A DNA stretch of 63,998 nucleotides, filler included, from Lenisia limosa (lineage: Eukaryota; Protista; Breviatea), in NCBI GenBank assembly GCA_001655205.1. It is 13 parts of 13 records of this genome, joined end to end, with 100 filler letters (N's around TTAATTAATTAA, not from the genome) between each part and the next. Parts side by side here need not be neighbours in the genome. Positions count along the whole stretch, not along the records: positions 6,908 to 24,324 come from LPNZ01009979.1; 12 more parts are not named here. One strand, written 5' to 3'. The notes beneath the pieces were generated by a model. It did no database searches. It saw only the letters and a list, made by a program, of their open reading frames with translations, and was not told where the DNA came from. Position numbers and translations under genes: made by a program. Shown here piece after piece: positions 12,493-24,424 of the stretch. The first letter of the stretch is position 1, and each line of letters opens with the position of its first letter.

Positions 12493-15078
12493 TTATTCAA
12501 TTAAATTATCCCTACGTAAACGGTAGGCTAAAACAATGGTATAATAATGGACTACAGCAGCAATGAGAACAAGGAAGTGCCAAATGGTGTGCGATTGGAA
12601 CTAAACCGTTATAAAAGGAGCTGATATTTTGAATAGTTATTGATACAACATAAGGTACTGATGCCTACATACCATGATTTTTTATGTGATCATCTATTCA
12701 GCCCATTTCAGAGAAGAGATCTCGTGCCCACTCACCCATATGTCAAACTTTCCTGGGAACCATCTTTCTGGTAAGCGATTGAGGTTTATGACCACACCAA
12801 AGAGATAGAGACTCCACATGATAACCAGACCTATGACAACGGGTACCATGATATCTAATCTACAAATGTAAGAGAATAGTAGCATTTTTTTTAGTTTGTC
12901 TATTAAAAAAAAATCATAGTTTCAAAATGCACCAGGTCTGAAAGAGGTAGAAGGGGCCAATATAGAGAACCCACAAACCCGTTCCAATATACAGAAAGCA
13001 GTAGGGGAAACAGCCCGATAGCAGCCATAATTGAATACATCACATTTCTTGTAAGCTAAAAAAGAGAACCTAAAAACCAGCCAATCAGGGTGCGTGAAGT
13101 ACTTGAAAAAGGGGCCAACAATGCCTGCAATGCCAAAAACGGCCATCCCACAAATAAAACTCAAGCAATATGTCTGGGTCAAAAATGAAATCATACCGGT
13201 CTCGACTGAAAGAAGTAATACATAAGGGGAATAACTGAGCCTGCAATGAGAACCGAAATTCCGCCAAGGTCAAGCCTAGTTAAAAAGAAAACAATACTTG
13301 AGTAGGATGCAGTGCGCCTGGTAGCAGCTAGCGTTGAAGCAATGGAAGATTGAGGAGTTAAGAAGGCAGAACATGACACAGCACAAGTAAGACACGTGTA
13401 CAAACTGGGCGGTTACTCAATTAAGAAAGGAATACTATCGATCCAACAAAGGTTGAAGAATAGAATGCAAAATACAAGCTTATAATTTGTCTGAATTAAA
13501 GTATACTGATATTCAACCACAGTCCTTTTGCCTGACCTTGTCAAACATATCCGCCTTGTTGAATTCCTCCAGAGTAAAGATGAAAAATAAGCAGAAAAGA
13601 ACGAAGATACAACCACCAAGATGGGACCAAATGTTGCCCCATTCTAAAAAGTGAGAGATTTGGAGAAAAACAAAGTAGAGCTTCAAATAAAACTAAAAAG
13701 TCCGTAATAGAGTCCAATTGTTACGAGATTCAGTACCTACCATTATGCAGGAAAAAGAGGCTTTTGACGCAGTCCACAAAACTGAAATTGACACGATATC
13801 CCTTGTGAACATAGGGATTATCCGCTGAATGGGTCAGTATGTTAAAATGGAGAAATATTTCAAAAGTTGTCCGGGTGAAAGCAGTCCAATCGCATTTGTA
13901 GTACGCCCTGTAAGTCAACACCCAGTTACCAAGATAGTGGTCGGTGGGAAGCTCCTTGAAAGAAAGAATCTGAGGCCCGGATTGACACAATGAAGCTGGT
14001 TAAAAACAAAAAACACAACCTTGATTGAAGATATTCGGGATCATGTTCATGAAGGTAGAGAGGCGGGAGTTGACATCCGCAATGCGGCGAGTGACGGACG
14101 GTAAAATGTCACCGGTGTCCACCAGCTTGGTCTCGACAACGCTCTCGTAAACAAGCTTCTTTGCCTCATTCAGCGTTTCAGCCAGACACTCCAGGTCCTT
14201 CGACGAGATGGTATGGAACAAGTTCTGATCTTGGATGGAATGGAGACTTTGTTGCGCAAGGGCCAGACCAGCCTTGACTGTTTCCGCCAGGTACTCGAAG
14301 GACTCGGTAATGGGGTCCATTTGGTCCTGTCGCTTCTATGATGGTGAAGAATATTGGACTGTTTGTTTTTTGCCATGGATCACAAAAAAAATGCAATGGT
14401 TTTAATTCAGTTCAAATATTGGAAATATAGAAGCCCTATCACCAAGGTATTTAAACAGTACATAATAAAAAAAAACACCAGGAATCACATGTAAAGCCCA
14501 GTTCACATCCATAATCATGAATCTGCAACTATCAATTAGAGATCAGTCTAGCCTGCTCATAAAAATGAATTACTCTTCATCTCTACCCCACCCAAATTAG
14601 AATCACGAAAATTGGTGTTCACAGAGTGGGAAGTAAGATTTCAGTGCACCCAAAAGCCCAACAAAAGGTTACCCAAATACATGTACATATACTATATGAT
14701 GTATATGTGCCGCAGACATATCCAAACGGCAAGTTGTGGACAGTTGTTCTCATCAATCATCCCAGAGTCCCAAAATAACCTTCCCACTTAGCGATTCAAC
14801 CAGAATGATCAAGTATTTTTTTAGAACCCTCACCTAACGCACCGCCTTCACACCCCCATTTCAACCATAACAGCCTTAAAATGAATTGAATTGCCACGAA
14901 CAACCTCCAATCCAAGCCCCATTAGAAAGGATGATACACCGCCATGACTGACCTGGATGATAGTGTCAATGAGCTTCAGGCTTCCTGAAATGGAGGACAA
15001 CTTCTCTTCAAAGATTGGAGCCTTACAGCTTTCGCCCTTGGTAGGCTTCAGCTGTAAACTTGAGAACTCGTGGCTCAT
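12493..15078 (-). CDS. ADIPOR: AdipoR/PAQR (haemolysin III family) membrane receptor
   Basis: Motifs DNPYVHKGYR, SLFFLHNEWGNIWSHL, RLDLGGISVLIAGS, PERWFPGKFDIW, FQSHTIWHFLV (Zn-binding His); TAA stop at 12493-12495. Exact orthologue within PAQR not resolved. Confidence 0.9.
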
Positions 15079-15477
15079 CCTCTTCTGTATGGTAAGCGCC
15101 ACAATGAAATAGTGAAATCAACGTGGAATTATCTAAATAGAACAGAACTACTGAAATAAATCCCCTATAATCACAGGATTGATTGATGACAAAAAAAGCA
15201 ACTCAACTGGGAAGGGCAAAAAAAGGAAAGAAAAACACCGCGACTAAAATTCCACATCCACAGAGCCCACTCTCACAATTTCAAAATAAGACAGCAAAAG
15301 GAAGCCGAAACACGAAAAAGAGGATGAGAGGTTAACCACGCGGCCGGAAATTTTTATCTGAAAACAAAATGGCGGTTTACGGTATTCGGTTGTTTAGAGG
15401 TTTTGAGAAAGAAGTTGAGGAGTGGATAATAATTGAGGGCTGCGCGAGGATTGGACACGACGAAGTGAAAGTGCAAG

Positions 15478-18400
15478 ATGGGGATCTCACCTGAACATCA
15501 TGTGGAAGACTCTCCATCAACCCTGGAAATCAAAATTAGTTTGCCCAATGTATCACCAAAGACCATTTCTGTTGAAGGTTCGAGGCTAAGGTTATTCATG
15601 TGTTGCTCTGTCATTCTCAATATAGGCATTTATACGTTGTGCTGTCATAGGGACAGCATAGATTTGATAACATATTGCACCTAAGCAATTCAATGTCCAG
15701 TTGTTTGAACATAAAAATATTTGGCTACTCAACATTATCCTTTAATTACTCTTTTTGGCATATCTCATAAGTTTCTCCCCATATCGCTCCTCATCCTCCA
15801 GCCTCGTCCTTAACGATGAAAGTCAATGCAGTGCCTTTTCTGATACAGTTCGATTTCGTTGAAGCGGTTTGGCGGGCAGGGAGGAGGAATATAATTAACG
15901 GTGAAGATGGATGAAAAAGGGGGTCTTTTTCAATACCTGCTAGAGTGGGGGATTGTTTTACCCTAAATTCCCGATAATCATGTTTGTCTTTTTCTTATTT
16001 TAGGATGAAGAGTATTGATTTGAGGAGGGCGTGGTAATATGGGATCGTTAAAAGCTACAGATTTGGCTATAATCTTTTTTTAAAAGTAAAATATTTGGTT
16101 AGTAAATCATCATCACCTCACACCACCCAGGTTGACTATGACAACATTGTGGCTCGGTTCAAGAAGAAAATCCTTACCATCCATCTGAAGAAGGTCAAGG
16201 AGGAGGCATGGCCAAAGCCGTTTTTTGAGGGCACCAAGCTGGAGAAGCAAAAAAGGCGCCAGCAGTCTGCAATGAAGAAGGAGGAAACAGATCAACAGGT
16301 AAGCCCCTTTCCTCCCATTCCAAATCTTGGATAAATATTGAAATTTTCCAACAGCATATCGATATGTATTATATGGCGTCAGCCCTTCATTGATTCTAGA
16401 AATTCAAAGAGATGCAAAAGGCTCGATCAGAGGCCAACAATGCTGCTCTTGTTGGTTGGGTGACTTCTTTTTTCTGGGGGAGTGAAAATGTAATATTTAT
16501 AAAAAGGGGCGCGATATATATATACATTTATAGGTATTGACATCTTTTATGTACTACCAATTATTGTTTCTGATACTATTGTACATAGATAGCTATGAAC
16601 CCAGTTCATCAAATAAGCGAGGCTTAACTAATCACTTTAATTATTTGGGGGAGGAGATAGTCCTACACAATATCATGATTTGGGATTCCCTGCAGTCTCA
16701 AAAAGACTGAATTTCGTGATAAATCCTTGATAAATATCGATATTTTGACAGGTCTTTTTCGGAGCATAGGGAAGCCCTATTCATGGTTGTGAATGTACCA
16801 ATACAGAAATTAGGAGGAATAAAAGGTTATCTATGCTGAGGTTTATATGGTTATTTGAATGATATGGCTCTGAACATTTGCATTTCTGAGTACCCCATTA
16901 TTTAACCGGCAGAGGAGACAAATTGATGAAGAGGCGGCCGAGAGGAAGCGGATTCAGGATGAGAAGAAAGCTCACTTGGAGTCCGTTCAGGTATGTTTAG
17001 AAGGCTAATACGAAGCAGATGTATCAGGCAGAGTACGTCCACTTGATAAGATCTTTCACAATGTGGAATTATTCAAAACTTCTTTATAACAAGCGTGTGT
17101 GTCATATTATATTATATATCAAGCACTATTATATATTATTGAGAGTAATATTAATCGCCTGGACTCTTTATTAGACTAAATGCCCCTAGGCGGACTTAGA
17201 AGAATGGTCTGTAGGCCTCAAAGAAAAAGATGACCAGAAAGCAGCCAACGCTCCTGAAATTGTCAAAGAAATGGTTGCTGAGACTCTTCACAAAGAGGTG
17301 TGAGTTTTTTATTTGCTGCTTGCTATATTATCATATACTATATTTCCTAACAAGTTTCTAGTTGTTGTTTGTTCATATGTGTTCACCCCCCCCCCAGGTA
17401 CCCGAAAAGGCCATGGCCCCAGCTGTGGTATCGGATGTGATTCTGGAGGCCCCGACAGAAGTGCCTGCAGTACGAGAGGCGACAAAGGCTGTGTCAGTGT
17501 CGTTTAAAGCCAAAGAGGGAGCCAAGCCTGCTCGTGACCCCGTGGCTGGTGAGTTGGGTCTTCCTCTTTGTTTGTCTTATTAAAATTCCATTTGTTTTGT
17601 TTTATGAGATGCTATTTATGATATGATACTATATTATCTATTTGTCTTATTTCTTTAGCCATTTGTGGCGTAAATAATACCACACTTCTTCGTAAATCCA
17701 ACGTCATTGACGATTCCAAAGACCAAGGAAACTGTGGGGGGGGGGGNNNNNNNNNNNNNNNNNNNNNNNNNNNNNNNNNNNNNNNNNNNNNNNNNNNNNN
17801 NNNNNNNNNNNNNNNNNNNNNNNNNNNNNNNAGCGTATTTCCTAAAGTCACGAGGAGACAACTTTATGAGTCATGGGGACTTGGATGGTGCTGTTAATGC
17901 CTACACTGCTGCAATCTCAATTGATCCAAGCTACTTCCAGTGGGGGATAAGTTTTAGAATAGATACGTATATGACATAGGAAATAACATACATACATGTA
18001 TTCTATTAATTATACAAATGATATGATATGTACTATGTCATAAGATCTATGTAGCTATTTATTCACCCAAATATACATCCAATTTTCCTCTAATGGAAAG
18101 AGTGATACAAAGCTGATATAATATGCATTTTTGTTATAATTGTTTAGTGCGAGAGCCAACCTATCAACGGCCCTATTGATCCAAAAGAAGTACAACGAGG
18201 CTCTTGAACACTGTCAAGGCTGCTTAGCCACACTGCACCACCCCGCGCGTTCGTCTAATGAAGCAAGGGCGTTGCTCAGATGCCTCTGCAAACGATCAGT
18301 TATCCTGACAAAACTTGGCCACATTTCCCTCGCCGCCGAGGATATGTATTTGGCATCTAAACTGCTGCCGACTGATAAAAAGATCCAGGTAAGCCAGACT

Positions 18401-19384
18401 ATACGTTTCAAATGTGAAGCGTTTACAGTTGGTTTGGTTTTGAGTTACACTTTGTTTCCCTCAAAGATGAAATCTCGATATTGTTTTCATATTGAACCGA
18501 ATCCACAGTTGTATTTGATCGTATTTCATTGATTAGAAAGACTACTTCGCGCTTTGCTCAGCTGTGAAAACAGTTCCTCCTCCACGTAGGCTTAGGCTTG
18601 ATTTAATGATATTTTAACTCTTTTTTGTGTGGAAAATGGACAAATCTTTTTTTATTATGTTGTTATTATTTTTGTTTTTTTTCATTCTCTGCGTCAAACT
18701 TTTCCTTTCACCCATCAGACTCCTGGCTGGGGCACAACATCGAAGGCAACTCACTCTTCACGGAAGGCCTCTACAACCATGCGTCACAGGCCTATACCTC
18801 CGCCATCACCACGCACTCCCAGGAAGCGTCACTCTTTCTAAATCGAGCATGCGCCTCTGTAGCGTTGAAAAAGTGGAACAAGGCCATTTCAGACTGTTCA
18901 AAAGCGCTGTCAATACTCTCAAGAGAATCGGTTAGTTCTTAAAGTGTAAATGGAAGTTGATTTCCACATATTGATATGATCTTATTTCGCCCAGAATAAG
19001 GCTGCTTTTTTCAAAAGGCTCATAAATTCAGGGGTCATCACGGTTGAAAGTGAAGTGTCTGGTCCGAAGAGGAGTTTGCCATTGCGCACAGGGCAGTCGA
19101 GATTTGGGACTAAAGGACTTCGAAGGTATGTCCTCTAACTGTAACCAAAGTAGAACTTTGGGTTTGTAGACATAAAATGATACATTCGTAGACATGATTG
19201 ATTTTGGAAGCTCGTAGCATAATACCAAATTCTCTCTTTGTTCAGTGCAATGTTTATTCCAAAATATGCCCGCTACCCCACTAACAATACTTCAGAAGCA
19301 ACTTTGCTTGACCCTGAAATGACCGCTCAGTATGGTGTTGATGTTGATGTTCAGAAAATTAGGGAATGTATGGTTGAAAAGTAA
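15478..19384 (+). CDS. DNAAF4: Dynein axonemal assembly factor 4 (DYX1C1): CS/p23 domain, coiled coil, TPRs
   Basis: MGISPEHHVEDSPSTLEIKISLP...TMKVNAVPFLIQFDF...ILTIHLKKVKEEAWP (CS domain), charged linker, PAVREATKAVSVSF, then TPRs FLKSRGDNFMSHGDLDGAVNAYTAAI and NIEGNSLFTEGLYNHASQAYTSAI...LFLNRACA; ends VQKIRECMVEK*. Confidence 0.8.
16682..16777. mobile_element. MITE family A, subfamily 2 (GGGxTTCCCTGC termini)
   Basis: GGGATTCCCTGCAGTCTCAAAAAGAC...GTCTTTTTCGGAGCATAGGGAAGCCC followed by TA; DNAAF4 intron. Confidence 0.8.
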
Positions 19385-19540
19385 AAAGGACAATGAGATA
19401 TTGGTTATGTCTTGTGGGTCCAACGGACCCTACATTTATGTGGACCTATGACGTATAGCCTCTCTTTATTGAAATTTGAAACAGAACAATCCAAAATTCA
19501 TAATACTAATATACAACAATACAACCTATTCTTCAAACAG

Positions 19541-22130
19541 TTACATAACAGACCCTAAATTGTGAAGAGAGAAATGGAGGGAGATGGAGAGGAGAGGGAT
19601 AAACAAAACATTATCCCCCCCACTATTTCGCTTGGCACCTTCGATGTACTTATTGAGTTCTATGATGACAGGGTCGGACTCTTGGTACGAACCGCTCCGC
19701 ATAAGAATTTCCTTTTCGCCCAATAGGCGGAAGAGCACGTCTAAGGGTGAGAAAATGGTTTGACAGGATCAACTCATGTTGTAAACCGTTGTATCCGGTG
19801 TCGGCACAATCACGCCCATAAATAGTACAATGACAGTACCATTTCCATTGCCGGTGGTGCTGATAGGATGAGGTGGCTCGATAGGCTGAGGTGGTGGTGT
19901 TTGGGGGAGAACTGGCTCTGTATCGGGACTGGCCTCCTGGGGGGTTAGNNNNNNNNNNNNNNNNNNNNNNNNNNNNNNNNNNNNNNNNNNNNNNNNNNNN
20001 NNNNNNNNNNNNNNNNNNNNNNNNNNNNNNNNNNNNNNNAGAAGGATTAGATCCGCCACCGACCACCACCAAAGACTCCATTGACGGCTGTGATTGAAGC
20101 TCCTTCTCAAGTTCTTGAATGTCACTCTTGAGGGTTGACAAATCACTCCTGAAGGGATTAAGATTTTCAAAAACAGGTGATTTAAAGTCAAAATATTTCG
20201 ATCAGAAACAGCAGATTTACTGAAGCTGCATTTGCACCCCGCGCCACACTTTTCGGACTCAAGCGCCTCGGTTTGTTGTGCGGTGGCGGCGACAACTTGG
20301 AGGGAGCTGATCTCATTTCGCTGCTTCTGCACCCTGGTGGAAGTCAGTTTATGGAACATAACGGGATTGATTCCCCAACAAATAGACTATCATTCACTGA
20401 AATAAAAACTATATCGCATGTCAAAAAACAAAACAAAACAATATAATAAATTCCAGCATACTGCCTATTCAACTCGTCGTGATGCTGGCGTTGAAGCCTC
20501 TCGATTTCCTGTAAGGCTCGAACCCAGTGCGCTTTATAATGATCCCTTTCTTCTAAGACTGTCTTCATTTTGTTACCATGGTCCTCAATATTTGCCTGTG
20601 TTAAAAACAATAATAACTTGATGGGACGCGATTTTTGCATTGCAGATTGCAATTTGATCAGGGCCGTATTGGTCCTTAAATCTCTCAAACTTGTTTTCAT
20701 AAACAACCAAAGACTCCTGGGCCTGCTTCAAATCCTTGACCAGTTGTTCCTGTGTAAAAGAAAACAAAAAACCTTTGTTTTCACGACTTCATTCAAAAGA
20801 GACTTGTCCAGCTGAGCACGGTGATTAGCCTCCTCAATTGTTTGCCGTATTTTTATTGACGCCTCCTCCTTAATCTCTTCCATTTCCCATGCTAATCGCT
20901 TCTTGTCACGAGCTAGTTCATCATGCGCCTTTTCCAACAACAACTGCTGCTCATTGAGCTCCTTAGTTTTTTCCAATAACTGCTGGGCAACCTGAGGAGG
21001 TTATTACTCATATGAAACATCTTTATCTCGTTCATCCCCAGCCCCACTGTTTTTTGTTTTATCCTGATTTCTTCAAATGAAGACATTTTTTGCTTCTCAA
21101 CACTAAACTGTCAAAAACATGGAAGGAAAAAAAGAGGCAAAGTTGAAGAGGGCCAAACAAGAAACCCAATATACTTTCATCATTTTANNNNNNNNNNNNN
21201 NNNNNNNNNNNNNNNNNNNNNNNNNNNNNNNNNNNNNNNNNNNNNNNNNNNNNNNNNNNNNNNNNNNNNNNNNNNNNNNNNNNNNNCGATTTGGCGCAGG
21301 CGCCTCTCAACCTCATCCACAATGTCTAGCTCAATATGTTCCATTCTCCGCAGAACCTGCTTGCATTACATACAATGTAAACCTTGCAATCATTGAATCA
21401 TACAGCTGAAATGAACCAAAGTGCACTGGAAGTGGCCTAAAAGCAACAGAACCACTCTTGCTAGCGATATTCCCGTAAGTTTGTCATGCATACCATTATC
21501 ATCGTATTCTGGACACACGAATAACGAAAATATTAATGTTTTTGCTTTGAAGATGAAATTGTTTTCGTTGCTGTGATCTAAATACCCCACCTCCCAACAA
21601 ACCTCGATAGAGACCCTCCGCATAATCTCCTGTTCAACAACATCGTCAACAACAATCGGACTGTAGGGTAAAGGTGAGAGCATAATTTGAGGAAGAGATA
21701 CTGACCATGCGGTGATGATAGTGGTGAAGAAGATGATGGTGGTGGAGATGGTGAGAAAACAAAGTGCAGGCGGCAACACTCAACAAACCGGTCTGAAAAC
21801 TGCTGAAAGGAAGGCGATGAACATGACCTCGAGTCTATTGACCGCAAGTCATCATCTGTCACAACTACACAATCAAGAGAGAAAGGGCTGTTGATCATAT
21901 GATTATGATGGGGAAACTGATAATTTAACTCGTGATTTCACCAGTACGATGAGTAAAAACGGTCAAACAGTTAGGGAATTAAAGCCCGTTGAGAGAGAGC
22001 GAGAGAGACCTTAGACTAACCTGACATGACTGGGTCTTCAAATTTGCTGATACGTCTTTGTGTTTTTTTGTTTCCCAGTTTTGCTCGCAATCTTATGGCA
22101 GACGTTGTCGAGAAAACTGTGCCGGTTTTT
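19541..22130 (-). CDS. CEP120: CEP120-like centriolar protein (C2-like domain plus C-terminal coiled coil); start approximate
   Basis: DLRSID...MRRVSIEV...DDNGMHDKLTGIS (C2-like), EERDHYKAHWVRALQEIERLQ (cf. CEP120 HYKQQWGRALKELARL) and RLLGEKEILMRSGSYQESDPVIIELNKYI (cf. RLIEERDTLMRTGVY...DRIISELDRQI). Confidence 0.7.
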
Positions 22131-22424
22131 GGTTACGAACCTTGACAATCCTGGTGTTACTGATTACTTCTGAGTATAAACTTGCACAATTCAGTTTTTT
22201 AAAGTTGTAAGGCTGTAATGGGGCGGAATTGGGGAAGGTGGGGGAGAAGCTCCAATTGTTCAATGCGATATAAATGGGATATAACAGGCAGTGTTTTATA
22301 CACGTATTTAATGTGAAAATTTTTAATTTTTTTCAAGGAAGCCTATCAATTGCATCTTAGTAGTGTGTCCATATTCTTTTGCACTTTATACGTCAGTGCA
22401 CCAAGTTATATTGCAGTCTAGCGG

Positions 22425-22568
22425 ATGCCGATAATTCATTTCGGGATTTAAGTTGGAGCTAGAAGCAGAACCATTAGGGGTATTTTTGAAGAATTGGACA
22501 ACAGTTGTGGTCAATGTTCTCTCTGTGGCAACATCACCCTCCTATCTACTGAAGACCCTTCAAGGTAA
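22425..22568 (+). promoter_or_regulatory. Candidate upstream ORFs in the AMD1 5' leader
   Basis: ATG 22425-TAA 22451 (MPIIHFGI*) and ATG 22514-TGA 22552 (MFSLWQHHPPIY*), both upstream of the main ATG at 22660. Transcription start unknown. Confidence 0.4.
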
Positions 22569-22659
22569 AAAGCTGCGTTAATAACCCTTCTAGATTTAGT
22601 GTTGTAAGGTTTATACATCACCTGCGAGATTTGGGAGTTAGTTAACACGACACAAGAAA

Positions 22660-24180
22660 ATGACATACCTTAACGAAAGCGTGTCTGGGTTCGAAGGACC
22701 AGAAAAAAAGATCTGTGTCCACTTTTACTCGGCCTACACCAACACAGAAACCGGTAAGAGAAGAAGTACTCTTTTATCATGTTATCTCAGGTTTGCTGTC
22801 TCTTCCAAAGACTTTCTGGGAGGAAGTTGTCCAATGTGCTAAAGCTGAGATTGTTTCCGAAGTCAAATCTCCGGTAGGAGCCTTCTCCCCATGTCACGAT
22901 TTTTTTCTAGGAATGCTCTGCGTTTGTCTTGACAGAATCTTCTCTCTTCGTCTACAGCAACAAAGGTAGTGGGATAGCATTTTTAATACTGGGTGTGAAA
23001 TTTTTCGGGCTGACCGTTTAGTGTTGATCAAAACATGCGGAACCACGACTTTACTCGATTGTCTTGATCATCTTTTCTCTGGAGCCTCGAAGATTGACAT
23101 GTACCCGGCACGAATTGTCTACTCCAGAAGACATTTTAATTTCCCCTCGTGAGCACTCCGAAGTTTCTTCTCCTNNNNNNNNNNNNNNNNNNNNNNNNNN
23201 NNNNNNNNNNNNNNNNNNNNNNNNNNNNNNNNNNNNNNNNNNNNNNNNNNNNNNNNNNNNNNNNNNNNNNNNNNNNNNNNNNNNNNNNNNNNNNNNNNNN
23301 NNNNNNNNNNNNNNNNNNTCAAATTTCATTCTCCTCTTCCCAAACCTGTTTTGCTGTTTGATTTTACTTGGGCCTCTTGATAATTGAGTGGGTTTGCTTG
23401 TTCTGGTCAATATGTACTTTCCTCCATGTTTCACATTGCAGAGCCCAACCCCCCATCCACTCCTCTTTTGTCTCCGAAGTCAACTACTTGGAGACTGTTT
23501 CTCTCCCCATCCCCCCATCCATCTCCCCAGCCAATGTAGTCACCAACAGCAACTCATCAGAAATGGTATGGCTTCCAAAAAAAGACCGAATATCTCCATA
23601 AATCCTCGATCAATATCGATATTTTAACGGTCTGACAATACCATTTTGTAATGTTTTTGGTCACGGAAGCCAGTTACTTTAGTTTTCTAAAATTTTATGA
23701 TCCATTAAGCTGTCATAATTTCAATTCTCATTATGATGTCATTATCTCAATTCTCATTATATCATTTGACAACTGCTTTTCTTGAAACTATTCAATACCT
23801 GTTTCTTTTTTGTAATTAATATCATTTCAACCCGGCGTACTTCAACTTACGTCTTTAGGGCCCATCCGGTCGCGAATGGTTCTTCTTCAGCAAAGCCATC
23901 ATCCATGACGGGACTACTCCACCTACGATCGAACCCCATGTCGAAGTAGGCGTTGACAGTTTTTTTTCTNNNNNNNNNNNNNNNNNNNNNNNNNNNNNNN
24001 NNNNNNNNNNNNNNNNNNNNNNNNNNNNNNNNNNNNNNNNNNNNNNNNNNNNNNNNNNNNNNNNNNNNNNNCTTAACTGTGAAGGTCATGATGGACAAGC
24101 TCGATGAAGACACAATGAAGCTTTTCTTCACCCCTTCTCCGTCTGTCGCCAAAAGGGACAGTTTGATAAGTTGGAGGGTT
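22660..24180 (+). CDS. AMD1: S-adenosylmethionine decarboxylase proenzyme (3' truncated by fragment end)
   Basis: GFEGPEKKICVHF, CSAFVLTESSLFVYSNKVLIKTCGTTTLL (E|S autocleavage site, catalytic Cys), QPPIHSSFVSEVNYLE, VKVMMDKLD; short GT-AG introns. Confidence 0.93.
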
Positions 24181-24324
24181 TGAGCTCATATTGTTGTGTT
24201 TTACAACCTTTGCTTCTTTCATTTTCATTTTATTTTTATTTCCAAAAGAGTGCGACATAATAGGTAAAAACAATAAATCCCGTCGAAGCAGGCCTATTCT
24301 TCGGATTGTAATCTAATATCCGAG

Positions 24325-24424
24325 NNNNNNNNNNNNNNNNNNNNNNNNNNNNNNNNNNNNNNNNNNNNTTAATTAATTAANNNNNNNNNNNNNNNNNNNN
24401 NNNNNNNNNNNNNNNNNNNNNNNN
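24325..24424. other. Artificial scaffold-joining linker
   Basis: 44 N + TTAATTAATTAA (24369-24380) + 44 N. Confidence 0.97.

Noticed and set aside
23847-24152. Minus-strand ORF ...MGFDRRWSSPVMDDGFAEEEPF... as an antisense gene
   Set aside because: It is the shadow of a plus-strand AMD1 exon (GPSGREWFFFSKAIIHDG...) and spans an N gap.
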